Shown here in pieces: positions 17,212 through 26,492 of a stretch of 36,168 nt of DNA. The stretch covers positions 1-36,168 of the forward strand of contig JAESQH010000240.1 of the NCBI GenBank assembly GCA_016765235.1, given 5' to 3'. The stretch's first letter is position 1, and each line of letters begins with the position of its first letter. The position numbers and the translations under genes are program-made. Under the pieces are notes generated by a model that ran no database searches, had not been told where the DNA came from, and was given only the letters and a program-made list of their open reading frames with translations. The DNA is from Paracoccaceae bacterium. GTDB lineage: Bacteria > Pseudomonadota > Alphaproteobacteria > Rhodobacterales > Rhodobacteraceae.

Positions 17212-18311
17212 GGCGTTGTTGCATGGATCAGTATCCAAGTGTTAACAAGCGCTTTTACCCCGCTCATGGAACCGCTTACTGCCGCATAAATTCAATGGCC
17301 GCCATCGCCATAAATTTGCAAAGAAGAAATACCGCGTAACGAACTGGCGTGCGCATAATGAAAGCCTGCGAAATCGCGGGAATTTGACGATCTGGATCAC
17401 GACTGATGCTCTAAAACACTGGGTTGCACCACAGCGCGGATCGCGCGGCGGGAAGCGTCAATATACGGATCTGGCGATCACCTTGTGCCTGACATTAAGC
17501 ATGGTTTACAAGCTGCCACTGCGCCAAACGCAAGGTTTGATGCGCAGCATATCAAAGCTCATGCAGCTGGAAGTTCTCGTTCCAGATTTCTCGACTCTAT
17601 CGCGCAGAGGGCGAAATCTTGTCCTTCCGGTAAGGCCTAAAACCAAGCGAACCGATCCGATTCATCTGGCGGTGGATAGCACCGGTCTGAAGATCTTCGG
17701 CGTGGGTGAATGGTTGCGAAAGAAACATACAACAGGAGCCAACCGCAAGAAGTGGCGTAAGTTGCACCTCGGGCTTGACCTTACAAGTGGAGAAATTATC
17801 TGTGCCGATTTGACAAAGGACAACGTGGGTGATCCATCTGCCTTGCCTTGTCTTTTGGATCAGGTTGAGGTGCCGGTTGCGCATTTCCTGGCGGATGGAG
17901 CTTACGATGGTGCGCCAACCAGCGGCCTGCTCCAAGAACGGTTTGGTGAGACCGTCGAGATCATCATCCCACCCCCCCGAAACGCGATACCAAGCCCACA
18001 ATCTGCATCTGAACTTTCAATTCGAGACCGACACATTGCTGAGATACAGAACCGTGGCCGCATGGCCTGGCAATCCAGCAGCGGCTATAATCAGCGCAGC
18101 AGAATTGAAACACAAATCGGGTGCTGGAAGACGGTTATCGGGCCCAAACTGAAGGCGCGGTATTTCGAAAATCAGCAAGTAGAGGTAAAGATTGGCGTCA
18201 CTATTCTCAATAAAATGACCGAACTCGGGCGACCCGTGTTCGAACAAATCGCATAACCTAAATTACGGGTAAGGGGTCGTTTCAGCAGTGTCTGATCCAT
18301 GCAACAACGTC
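17212..18311 (+). mobile_element. IS5-family (IS903 group) insertion sequence, 1100 bp
   Basis: TIRs GGCGTTGTTGCATGGATCAG (17212-17231) and CTGATCCATGCAACAACGTC (18292-18311), 19/20 match; no target-site duplication. Confidence 0.88.
17279..18256 (+). CDS. IS5-family DDE transposase
   Basis: The frame extends upstream of the track ORF to CTG 17279 (PHKFN..RHKF.K.KYRVTNW..HNESLRNRG.LTIW). Motifs VDSTGLK, WRKLHLG, ADGAYD, GYNQRSRIET. Confidence 0.85.
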   Translation: MPHKFNGRHRHKFAKKKYRVTNWRAHNESLRNRGNLTIWITTDALKHWVAPQRGSRGGKRQYTDLAITLCLTLSMVYKLPLRQTQGLMRSISKLMQLEVLVPDFSTLSRRGRNLVLPVRPKTKRTDPIHLAVDSTGLKIFGVGEWLRKKHTTGANRKKWRKLHLGLDLTSGEIICADLTKDNVGDPSALPCLLDQVEVPVAHFLADGAYDGAPTSGLLQERFGETVEIIIPPPRNAIPSPQSASELSIRDRHIAEIQNRGRMAWQSSSGYNQRSRIETQIGCWKTVIGPKLKARYFENQQVEVKIGVTILNKMTELGRPVFEQIA

Positions 18312-18631
18312 TCCTTGAAGTATATTTTTACGGACACCAATTGTTTTTCATCAAGGCCCGGTGCCCCAAGAAAATCTAAGTATCACGTTTGATAAACATC
18401 AACAGAATTAAAACGTGTAAAAATAAACACTGTGCTGCGAGTGCAGCTCCGCGCGAAGCGCCGGGCCTGTGTTTCTTGCCCCTTCTCCGGGGCGGGAAAT
18501 ACAGGGCATTTCACAGGCACCCGGACCTTTCCGACAATTCATAAGAATGATTACTGGCGATTCACTAATTTTGACAGTTTCGAGGAAAAAGCGCTCATAA
18601 AGCGTTTCGCAATAACTTTGATAAATGCCTT

Positions 18632-18839
18632 ACCTGCGCGTTGTGCTGGTCGGAGCGAAAGCACTACATCGTAATCTGGGAAACCTAAATCGGCATAGAC
18701 TGATGAAAGGAGCATTACGAATTGTTTGACCTCTTGCTCGACATGCCCCTCGCGGCAAATGACGTGCGCATCGTCCTGCTCAAATGTTCTGGTTCTCATT
18801 AAAACCGTGCATGGACCCGGACGGTTCGTCTCTATGGCA
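18632..18839 (-). pseudogene. thrS: Internal fragment of threonyl-tRNA synthetase (motif 2 region)
   Basis: CHRDEPSGSMHG, a 1-nt frameshift, then LMRTRTFEQDDAHVIC..EVKQFVMLLSSVYADLGF..LSLRP..RAG. Confidence 0.8.
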
Positions 18840-18929
18840 CATTTCAATTGGCAATGAGAGTTAGGATGGACGACGCGCGAAATGTCGTTAACGCGAAGGT
18901 GGCGGCTCCCTCACTAGGCACCACCCAAT

Positions 18930-19181
18930 TTACGCCGTCACCTCGATATAACCACGGCGACGTTTATGCTTTTCGAGTTTCTGGAGCGCCGCAACGGCTT
19001 GGTCTTCATCTTCATAGGTCACCATCATCCCTCGCCCTTTGGTACCAATGCGTCCCCAGTTGCGTAGCACCGACACTTCTCCAAAAAGTGTGGGCTGCAC
19101 TTCGATCCCATAGAACCGAGCCATATTTCGCTCAGGATCGACATGGATCAAATTGACTGGGATGACTTCTGGCGAATACAT
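18930..19181 (-). CDS. WGR domain-containing protein
   Basis: NMARFY.I...PTLFGEVSVLRNWGRIGTKG..LEKHKRRRGY. Confidence 0.88.
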   Translation of the reverse strand: MYSPEVIPVNLIHVDPERNMARFYGIEVQPTLFGEVSVLRNWGRIGTKGRGMMVTYEDEDQAVAALQKLEKHKRRRGYIEVTA

Positions 19182-19350
19182 AGTAAGATTATCGCTTCAC
19201 GTCGCCAATCTGTCCAATGACATTACTGAATCATTGCGCTTCAAATGATTCCTATCCATGATGTGAGGTTTAGTTTCGGTCTGCCACGTGAGTTGACAGG
19301 GTAGATAGCGGTTTTCGTGTGAGGATTGATATCTGGGACTTATTGCTACT

Positions 19351-20238
19351 CTAACGACCGCGTGCAAATTTGGGAGTCCAACTATCTACTAGTTGTTCCT
19401 GCTCGTCGTGCGCCTCATCATCAGGATCTTCAGCAAGCTCTTCACTCGACAAAACCGTCAATGTGAAACCGTAGCCCCCAAGCCCAATTATTTCTTCATC
19501 AAGTGCCAAACACCGCCGACACGAAAACCACTGAGACAAACTTGTCTCCCCACAAACCGTACGGGAATATTCAACATTTTTTGGATCGCGATTGAACTGC
19601 AATGTATGCGTATGAGGCAACAGAACCCCTTTCCGCAGAAAGGATAGCTTGTCCAGCGTTTTGAAACTTTCGGACATGAACGCATAGGCAACTTTATCGC
19701 CGGAGCTAACGACAACTGCCATTGGGTAGTCACTGCATTCTGCAGCGCGTATTGCCGACGCGGTTAGTGAGCATTCTGCGAGTTGGCTAAGTGCTACAAT
19801 ACCGTCGAGACCAATGCGGCTGCCCCCTATCACCTCACCGACAAGCCTCGTCGGCATTAACAATCCTGAAGCGAAGTGATCCGCCTCAAGTTCAATTGAG
19901 CTTGTTCCTTGTGAGAACCCGGCTTTGGAAATATGGATGGGTGCCGTTTTAAGAATTTCCTCCGGATGGCCTTCAAGAAAATAATGGCCCAGTTCATGTG
20001 CAACGGTAAACCGACGAAACCCTTCACTCTTGATGTTTGTCGCATAGAAAATTCCCACATTATCGTTGTGGAAAATGATACCACCGCTAACTCCAACTTG
20101 ATCCGGTGCCTTAGGCTCTACGACAATGTCTTCAGCTTCAGCGATCGCAAATGGGTCAATCGGGAAACAATCATAGCCCATCTCTTTGGCCTTTTGTTCG
20201 CCCTGCCGTCTGGCCATCTGAATACGAAACTTGCTCAC
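19351..20238 (-). CDS. capP: ImmA/IrrE-family metallopeptidase (CapP-like)
   Basis: RRFTVAHELGHY (HExxH), E.EADHFASGLLMP, acidic tail; overlaps the HTH gene stop by 4 nt. Confidence 0.8.
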   Translation of the reverse strand: MSKFRIQMARRQGEQKAKEMGYDCFPIDPFAIAEAEDIVVEPKAPDQVGVSGGIIFHNDNVGIFYATNIKSEGFRRFTVAHELGHYFLEGHPEEILKTAPIHISKAGFSQGTSSIELEADHFASGLLMPTRLVGEVIGGSRIGLDGIVALSQLAECSLTASAIRAAECSDYPMAVVVSSGDKVAYAFMSESFKTLDKLSFLRKGVLLPHTHTLQFNRDPKNVEYSRTVCGETSLSQWFSCRRCLALDEEIIGLGGYGFTLTVLSSEELAEDPDDEAHDEQEQLVDSWTPKFARGR

Positions 20239-20570
20239 TTTTCTGACTTTCGTTGGTTCATCAGATCAATCATCATTTGGATGTGATCACGATCACCGCC
20301 TGTGAGATTTTCTTCACCCCGAAAAACCGTTGTCGCACCTTCCATTTTATTTGTTCGCCCAAGCAAATAGTCGGATGTGACATTTAGTGCTTTGGCCAAC
20401 GCTCGAATGTTTGAAAACGATGGTTTACGTCTCTCTTTCTCAAAATGGCCAATCGCCGAGGGTTGCAAACCAGCTTTCGCAGCAAGTTCAGTTTGATTGA
20501 ACTCACGCGCATCTCTTGCTTGCTTCAACCTTTCACCGAATCCACCCGTAGACTCCGAAGAATTTGACAT
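20235..20570 (-). CDS. capH: XRE-family HTH repressor (CapH-like)
   Basis: FGERLKQARDARE.NQTELAAKAGLQPSAIGHFEKERRKPS..L.VTSDYLLGR; divergent from the CBASS operon. Confidence 0.8.
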   Translation of the reverse strand: MSNSSESTGGFGERLKQARDAREFNQTELAAKAGLQPSAIGHFEKERRKPSFSNIRALAKALNVTSDYLLGRTNKMEGATTVFRGEENLTGGDRDHIQMMIDLMNQRKSEK

Positions 20571-20590
20571 GACGCCCCTAACTGTGTTAC

Positions 20591-20664
20591 TATGACGAAT
20601 ACGTAGGATTCGGCCGCTTGCTCGCGGCTTCTTTTTTCACCATATATCCTACGGATACGTCATA
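20591..20664. promoter_or_regulatory. Imperfect 19-bp inverted repeat in the capH/CD-NTase divergent promoter
   Basis: TATGACGAATACGTAGGAT (20591-20609) vs ATCCTACGGATACGTCATA (20646-20664), 17/19 complementary. Confidence 0.6.
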
Positions 20665-20713
20665 AATTGTAAGACAGATAAGAGAATCCGTCAAGCCTGA
20701 GGGGCAGAAGAAT

Positions 20714-22072
20714 ATGAACATTACAACGAATTTCGAAGAATTCGCCCGACAACTTGATATTGACCCGATAGAAGCCGCGGTCATGGATGTGGCGCGGGCG
20801 CTGCAAATCACACAGACGATGCATCAGCAGGCCGAGTCACATTACCGGGGCTTGGCAAGCCATGTTGATCGACCTGGCAGCCCATTCGAGGACTTAGTTG
20901 ACGAGATTTACTCCTCTGGGAGTTTTGCCATTCATGCTGCAACACGGTCTCGTTTGAAACGAGATCAACACGATGTTGATGCAGTTTTGGAGTTGAGCTG
21001 TCCTGCTAGTAGTGACCCGGAATGGGTCATTCGTGATCTCTACACGGCCATCAGGGGTGAAAAGGGCAGCAAATACTTTGATTATCTCATTGAGAAAAAT
21101 AGCCGCTGCGTCACGGTTACATATCCAGATGGCGTCACAGTTGATCTGATGCCGGTGGTCCGTCTGATTGGCCAGCCAGAACGGGTTGCTGTCTTGTTCC
21201 ACTATAAGCGTGAGACTGGGGACAAGTATCATAAGGAAATTAATCCAAAGGGTTTCGCTGAATATTTCAACGGACAGATCGAAACCAGCAAAGCATTTCA
21301 GGATCGATTCGATGCCCGCCGCTTTCTTGTGGACGGTGAAACCTATGTTGAATTAGCAAACCGTATAGCTTCGAACTCAACTACAATTACCCTAGAAAAG
21401 GCCGACACACAGCCGATGCCAGTCCACGTCCCTCTGGATCAGAAATCAGCGCGCGTTGTCGCTCTCCAATTGATTAAGCGCTTCCGTGACAAGAGGTATC
21501 GCAAACATGATGATCATCGTGGCAAGCGCAAACCTCCATCAATTATTATTGCCGCGATTGCGCTGGACGCAGGCCCTGTAAACGACAACCTCGTTGATGA
21601 AGTGATTGCAATTGCCCACCACATGCGGAGGTTGATCCGCAATGCAGAAGGGAACTTGCACCTGCTAAAGGTCAGAAACCCTGCTCATTATCCCGACATT
21701 TTTACTGATCGTTGGCCAGAGGCCAGAAGTGAGCAGCGGCTTTGGTCTTCAGATCTGAAAACCCTTGTTGAACAATTGGAAACACTCAAGCGTGTTGGCT
21801 TTGATCCGGCAGTGGTTCAGTCCACACTGGCTAACCTCTTTGGAGAGAAAGCAGGCGATATCGCGCTGCATGCATATCATCAGGCGCAGACGACCAATCT
21901 TGAGCATGGTGCTTTGGGAATGACACCGAGCGGCAAATTAACTCCCGCCAAACCAACATCAGGGTTAACCACCCCTGTGCTCGGTGCTGGGGTCGCATCA
22001 ACAGGTCTCATTATGCCTGCACGCGCCAATACCAACATGGGGGGAACTATTCCCGATGATAACTGTTGGTGA
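20714..22072 (+). CDS. cGAS/DncV-like nucleotidyltransferase (CD-NTase, SMODS)
   Basis: GSF...DVD catalytic motif, SRCVTV.Y, VDLMP (third Asp), NPKGFAEYFN, K.PPSIII, V.NP...DIFTDRWP, low-complexity linker, C-terminal NTNMGG. Confidence 0.85.
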   Translation: MNITTNFEEFARQLDIDPIEAAVMDVARALQITQTMHQQAESHYRGLASHVDRPGSPFEDLVDEIYSSGSFAIHAATRSRLKRDQHDVDAVLELSCPASSDPEWVIRDLYTAIRGEKGSKYFDYLIEKNSRCVTVTYPDGVTVDLMPVVRLIGQPERVAVLFHYKRETGDKYHKEINPKGFAEYFNGQIETSKAFQDRFDARRFLVDGETYVELANRIASNSTTITLEKADTQPMPVHVPLDQKSARVVALQLIKRFRDKRYRKHDDHRGKRKPPSIIIAAIALDAGPVNDNLVDEVIAIAHHMRRLIRNAEGNLHLLKVRNPAHYPDIFTDRWPEARSEQRLWSSDLKTLVEQLETLKRVGFDPAVVQSTLANLFGEKAGDIALHAYHQAQTTNLEHGALGMTPSGKLTPAKPTSGLTTPVLGAGVASTGLIMPARANTNMGGTIPDDNCW

Positions 22073-22601
22073 ACAAGTGTCCAACATGGCGGATGTATTT
22101 CCTGGATGGTCTTGCGAAAGACCAACTAAGCGCACCGCCGTTTGGATAGGGCAATTACAGCCACATAAGACAATCTATACCCTGCGTGTTGAATACACAG
22201 AGCCGCTTTTGCCTGAAGGAAGGTCTGCACTATATGTGCAGCCGCTTGTAGAGATTCTCAACCCCAAACTCAAACGCCGCTTTGGCAATGCCGAAGGATC
22301 ATTACCACATGTTTATGTGGCACATCCCAGAACAAACCGGATTGGTCCATTCTTGTGTCTGTTCGACGACAAAAAATCCCAGTGGACGTCAGAAAATCTG
22401 ATCAGCAATACCACCATTCCTTGGGCCTCCAACTGGTTGAGCTGCTATGAAAGCTGGCTGGCGACGGGAACATGGTTTGGTACAGGAAAACATATTCAAA
22501 CGGAGTCGAACGGCCGCAGCGCCATTTCGGCATTGATGGAGCATTACTATGCAACAACCTCATACGCGGCGCTCACAGGGTATACTCTCTCAACGCCGTA
22601 A
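22056..22601 (+). CDS. Prokaryotic E2 ubiquitin-conjugating-like protein (short type II CBASS)
   Basis: LPHVY, LCLF (putative catalytic Cys at 22356-22358), W....IS.T.IPWA..WL..YE.WL.TG.W.G.G.H; the start overlaps the CD-NTase tail. Confidence 0.8.
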   Translation: MITVGEQVSNMADVFPGWSCERPTKRTAVWIGQLQPHKTIYTLRVEYTEPLLPEGRSALYVQPLVEILNPKLKRRFGNAEGSLPHVYVAHPRTNRIGPFLCLFDDKKSQWTSENLISNTTIPWASNWLSCYESWLATGTWFGTGKHIQTESNGRSAISALMEHYYATTSYAALTGYTLSTP

Positions 22602-23610
22602 ACAGCTTCCTTGGTCAGAGAATGATTTTCGGATTTTGTCGATAGATGGCGGCGGCATTAAAGGCATTCTGCCTGCTTCCATACTCGCCGAATGCGAAAG
22701 GCGTTTCCTGAAAGGGGGTTCAGCAGCCAATTATTTCGACATGATCGCAGGTACATCTACTGGTGGAATTGTAGCGCTTGGGCTTGGTGCTGGTATGCGT
22801 GCTGACGAGGTTTTACAGATTTACCTTGAGCACGGTGGAGATATTTTCCCAGCACTCTGGACACCGCCCATACCGTTCGGAAACACGTTCAGGTCAGTCT
22901 ATCAATTTGCACGAGACGTCGCTGTTTACCGATATAATCGAGACCCATTGGAACGAGCGCTCCGAGACCGGTTCGGAAACAAGCTTTATGGCGCTATAAA
23001 CAAGCGATTAAATATTCCAACATTTGACGGGTTCAATGAAGTCAATGTTATGAAGACCCCACACCACCCGGATTTTCGCCTTGATTGGCAGGAAGAAATC
23101 GTGACGGTTGCTCTTGCCACATCTGCCGCACCGACCTTCTTTTCCACGTACCGCAACGGCACTCGACATTTTGCTGATGGCGGCGTCTGGGCCAACAATC
23201 CGATTATGGTCGCCCTTGTTGATGTATTGTCGTGCTTTGATGTAAATCGCCACGATATCGACATTCTGTCACTTGGCTGTGGTGATCTCGACATGAAGAT
23301 GACGGATGGCCAGATCAAACGGGGTGGCTTGTTTCATTGGAAAACCATTATTGACAGCGCCATGCATCTGCAGAGCCAGAACGCTTTGGGACAGGCTGGC
23401 CTCCTCATCGGGCGTGAACGGTTACTGAGATTGTCGTCTGCACCGTCACTCACACCTATTGCACTTGATGACTTCAAACGGGCACGCGACGAATTACCGG
23501 CACAAGCCAAGAGATTGGTGGAAGAAAATGCTGAGCGTCTTGAAGCGTTCTTTGATGTACGTCGCCCCCCAGTCACTTTTTATCATGGGCCATTGGTTTG
23601 CCAAAGCTAG
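22549..23610 (+). CDS. Patatin-like phospholipase, CBASS effector (CapV-like)
   Basis: ILSIDGGGIKG, GTSTGG nucleophile, ATSAAPTFF, DGG.WANNP, ILSLG.G. Confidence 0.9.
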   Translation: MQQPHTRRSQGILSQRRKQLPWSENDFRILSIDGGGIKGILPASILAECERRFLKGGSAANYFDMIAGTSTGGIVALGLGAGMRADEVLQIYLEHGGDIFPALWTPPIPFGNTFRSVYQFARDVAVYRYNRDPLERALRDRFGNKLYGAINKRLNIPTFDGFNEVNVMKTPHHPDFRLDWQEEIVTVALATSAAPTFFSTYRNGTRHFADGGVWANNPIMVALVDVLSCFDVNRHDIDILSLGCGDLDMKMTDGQIKRGGLFHWKTIIDSAMHLQSQNALGQAGLLIGRERLLRLSSAPSLTPIALDDFKRARDELPAQAKRLVEENAERLEAFFDVRRPPVTFYHGPLVCQS

Positions 23611-23807
23611 CCCTAACCTCGGTCGCCAGATTATTGACATTGGCGTGATCTATTTCTCGGTGTGCAGATTACCGGGTCAACGCAGCCAAACGTACGCACT
23701 TAGAGAACGCTAGTAGACAAACGACGTATTTTCTAATAGTAGTTTCAACAGAACAATAATAGTAATCTCACAACACACCTACTCGGTTTCTGGTGGAAAG
23801 GGTGGTC

Positions 23808-25082
23808 ATGACAGACACTGCGGATGACTACATACCACGACACCTCTCGCAAGAGCTAACGGACGCACTTACCTCTTCGCGCATTGTCAACCTTGTCGGA
23901 TCTCGCCAAGTTGGCAAGACGACACTCGTACGCGACCTGTTCTATGAGGGAAAGTTCATCACATTGGACGATGAGGCCTTGCTCGCAGCTATCGAGGCTG
24001 ACCCCCAGGGACAGCTTGAAAGTTTAACAAGCGACTTGGGAAACGCGCCTCTGATCATAGATGAAGCGCAGCGCTCAAAATCCCTGTCCCTTTCGATCAA
24101 AAGGATTGTTGATGCAAACAGGCGCAAAGGCCAGTTTGTTCTCACCGGCTCGTCGAACGTTTTCACCAGCGCGGAAATCGCTGACTCTCTTGCTGGCCGT
24201 ATGCGCACTTTGCAACTCTGGCCCCTATCCGCCGCCGAAATCAATCGAAGCGAACCCCAGCACATCCTCGACTGGGCGATCCAAAAAGAACCGAAACTGG
24301 CGCAGCTAAAAACCCCCGATGCATTGTCCCGCAATGATTATATCAATCTCATCCTTATGGGTGGGTACCCAGAGATACGCCAGCTCCCGCTTCGTGCACG
24401 GCACCGCCAGTATCGCGATTACATAAACTCTGTTGTTGAGCGCGATGTCATTGATATTTTACCCATCCGGAAAACAGATGTTCTGCGACGTCTGATTGAT
24501 CAGATGGCGGCACGATCTGGGCAAGAGATAAATATCGCTGAACTCACGAAACTCCTTGGTGTTCGACGCGAAACGATCACCCAGTATCTTGATGTTTTGG
24601 TGCGCCTATCCCTGATCATCAAACATGGTGCGTGGACCTCAGGAGAAGGAAAGCGCGAAGTTAAAAATGCGAAATACCATTTTACCGACAGCGGCCTCGC
24701 GTCAGCTTTGCGCAGATTTAACGCGACAACTTTTAGTATTGAGGAAAACCCAACCGCACTCGGCGGCATTCTTGAAAGCTACATCTTCAATGAATTTCAA
24801 CGATCCCTGCCCCTTCAGGATGAGGACTTCCGCCTGTATCACTGGCGCAGTGCCGACAAAAAAGAAGTCGATATTTTGGCAGACGCAGGATCAAAGCTGG
24901 TCGGCATCGAGGTAAAATCCGCCGCAACAGTCAGCAACGATGATTTCAAACACTTACGGTGGTTTGCAAAAGATGGGCCGGGTAAAAATCGTATGTTCAC
25001 TGGTATTGTATTTTACATGGGCACCGAGAAACTCTCCTTTGGGGATCGGCAATTTGCTTTACCGATTAGCAGTCTGATGTGA
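23808..25082 (+). CDS. AAA_14 ATPase with C-terminal DUF4143 (PD-(D/E)xK-like) domain
   Basis: GSRQVGKTT, IIDEAQR, FVLTGSS, SLAGR, GGYPE, K.HF.DSGL, YHWR....EVD, IEVK. Confidence 0.88.
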   Translation: MTDTADDYIPRHLSQELTDALTSSRIVNLVGSRQVGKTTLVRDLFYEGKFITLDDEALLAAIEADPQGQLESLTSDLGNAPLIIDEAQRSKSLSLSIKRIVDANRRKGQFVLTGSSNVFTSAEIADSLAGRMRTLQLWPLSAAEINRSEPQHILDWAIQKEPKLAQLKTPDALSRNDYINLILMGGYPEIRQLPLRARHRQYRDYINSVVERDVIDILPIRKTDVLRRLIDQMAARSGQEINIAELTKLLGVRRETITQYLDVLVRLSLIIKHGAWTSGEGKREVKNAKYHFTDSGLASALRRFNATTFSIEENPTALGGILESYIFNEFQRSLPLQDEDFRLYHWRSADKKEVDILADAGSKLVGIEVKSAATVSNDDFKHLRWFAKDGPGKNRMFTGIVFYMGTEKLSFGDRQFALPISSLM

Positions 25083-25451
25083 AGTTTAGCCACACGTCAT
25101 AGGAGCCGTCTAATCGAACAGTAAATTCCCTCAAAGTAACGTCTCGCCAAGGGCGGATTGATCGTGGCGAGGAGACTGTTGTTGGCGTCAATATGTATCG
25201 CGTGGATGCGGTAGAAAACTCAAATTAAAGCTTGATTAAGACGGATACTATTCAGAGCGGTATTGCCATTGAGCCCTCCCAGAGGTGGCTTATTTCAATC
25301 AAAAGCCGTTTTTTCGGGCGGTTCACTACCTTAATCGAAGCTGGATCCAAAAGCGGAAAATATAACTTAAAAAAATTAAACCTCGTCGTTTTCGACAGCG
25401 TAAACTAGCCCATCTGTATGGTCTGATAGGCGGTATGGAGAATGCGTATAG

Positions 25452-26492
25452 TCATGAATCGTTAAGCACCTTTTCTATATAGCTCAGCGAGCTGATTATT
25501 TCTTCAAATTCAGGCGCATCGCCAAAAATCATTGCCTTTGTGTTTTCATAATCTTTCTTTAGGCGATCTTTCATTTCACCGTTTGGAAGCAGATTAAAAG
25601 TCCCGGGTTCTGCCGACGCCAAATTGAAGTCGGGCCTGTTAAAAAACGTCAGCGCGTGCGCAACGCAATCCCTGCCAAGTGCCAAATCTTTGACGGCCTT
25701 TTTGCCGGTATCTGTTTGCAAAAGGCAATGAAGATCATAGTAGTGGCGGGAAATCCGTTGCCCCTCCTGACGCACTTCACCCCGCCGCTCAAACCAGTTC
25801 TTCATACCGTGAGCGATTACTATCTTGTCCCAAAAGGTGCGCTCGGCATCAATGGTTGTAACATCTGGAATTTCCAGGTCGATCGAGCTAACTTCGTCTG
25901 CTATGTATGGCGTTATCATGCGCGGTTGGTTTGGGTCCAAGGCTGACTTAGCACCGGACTCAATCCGCACCGCGGCTTGGACATAACCGGACGCTGGTGC
26001 ATCAATTCTCGGATACCAAACCAAAAGTGTTTGGCCACTTGCATCAGTCTTATCAATCTCGACCCTCCCCTGCCCGTCCGTGTCTTCTGCCAAGATCGTT
26101 GAAACTGACATTAAAAGATCACCCGTGATGAAAGTTCGGCAGGAATCCGCTATCGCTGCAAGCATCGCTTTTCGTTTCTTATTGGAAAGCGATGCTATTT
26201 CTTCTGGCACTTCAGGATAACCAAGGTCATCGCGAAAGACAGTGACATCGATATCTTCAGAAAATCGATTAATAAGTCCATATGCTTTGGAAAGAGAGGT
26301 CCCGCCCTTGAACAGTAATCTTGGCCCGCCCGCGGGCAATCGATGATAAAGAACGTTCAGCGTCCAGCAGACCCAAAAGTCCTTTTCTATGTTGACGAGT
26401 GGCGCGCCGAGGCGTTTTGCCGTTGCCAAAAACAGACCTGTTCGGTCGTTCTCCGGCGCGCGAATGATATCGATAAATCCATCGGAAGTCAT
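25452..26492 (-). CDS. abiEii: AbiEii-family nucleotidyltransferase toxin (intact)
   Basis: IEKDFWVCW, FKGGTSLSKAY, RFSEDID, RIESGA, ERTFWDK, SRHYYD; ATGA overlap with the antitoxin stop gives start 26492. Confidence 0.9.
   Translation of the reverse strand: MTSDGFIDIIRAPENDRTGLFLATAKRLGAPLVNIEKDFWVCWTLNVLYHRLPAGGPRLLFKGGTSLSKAYGLINRFSEDIDVTVFRDDLGYPEVPEEIASLSNKKRKAMLAAIADSCRTFITGDLLMSVSTILAEDTDGQGRVEIDKTDASGQTLLVWYPRIDAPASGYVQAAVRIESGAKSALDPNQPRMITPYIADEVSSIDLEIPDVTTIDAERTFWDKIVIAHGMKNWFERRGEVRQEGQRISRHYYDLHCLLQTDTGKKAVKDLALGRDCVAHALTFFNRPDFNLASAEPGTFNLLPNGEMKDRLKKDYENTKAMIFGDAPEFEEIISSLSYIEKVLNDS

Noticed and set aside
25143-25171. CTCGCCA/TGGCGAG stem downstream of the AAA gene
   Set aside because: A 15-nt loop and no poly-U; weak as a terminator.
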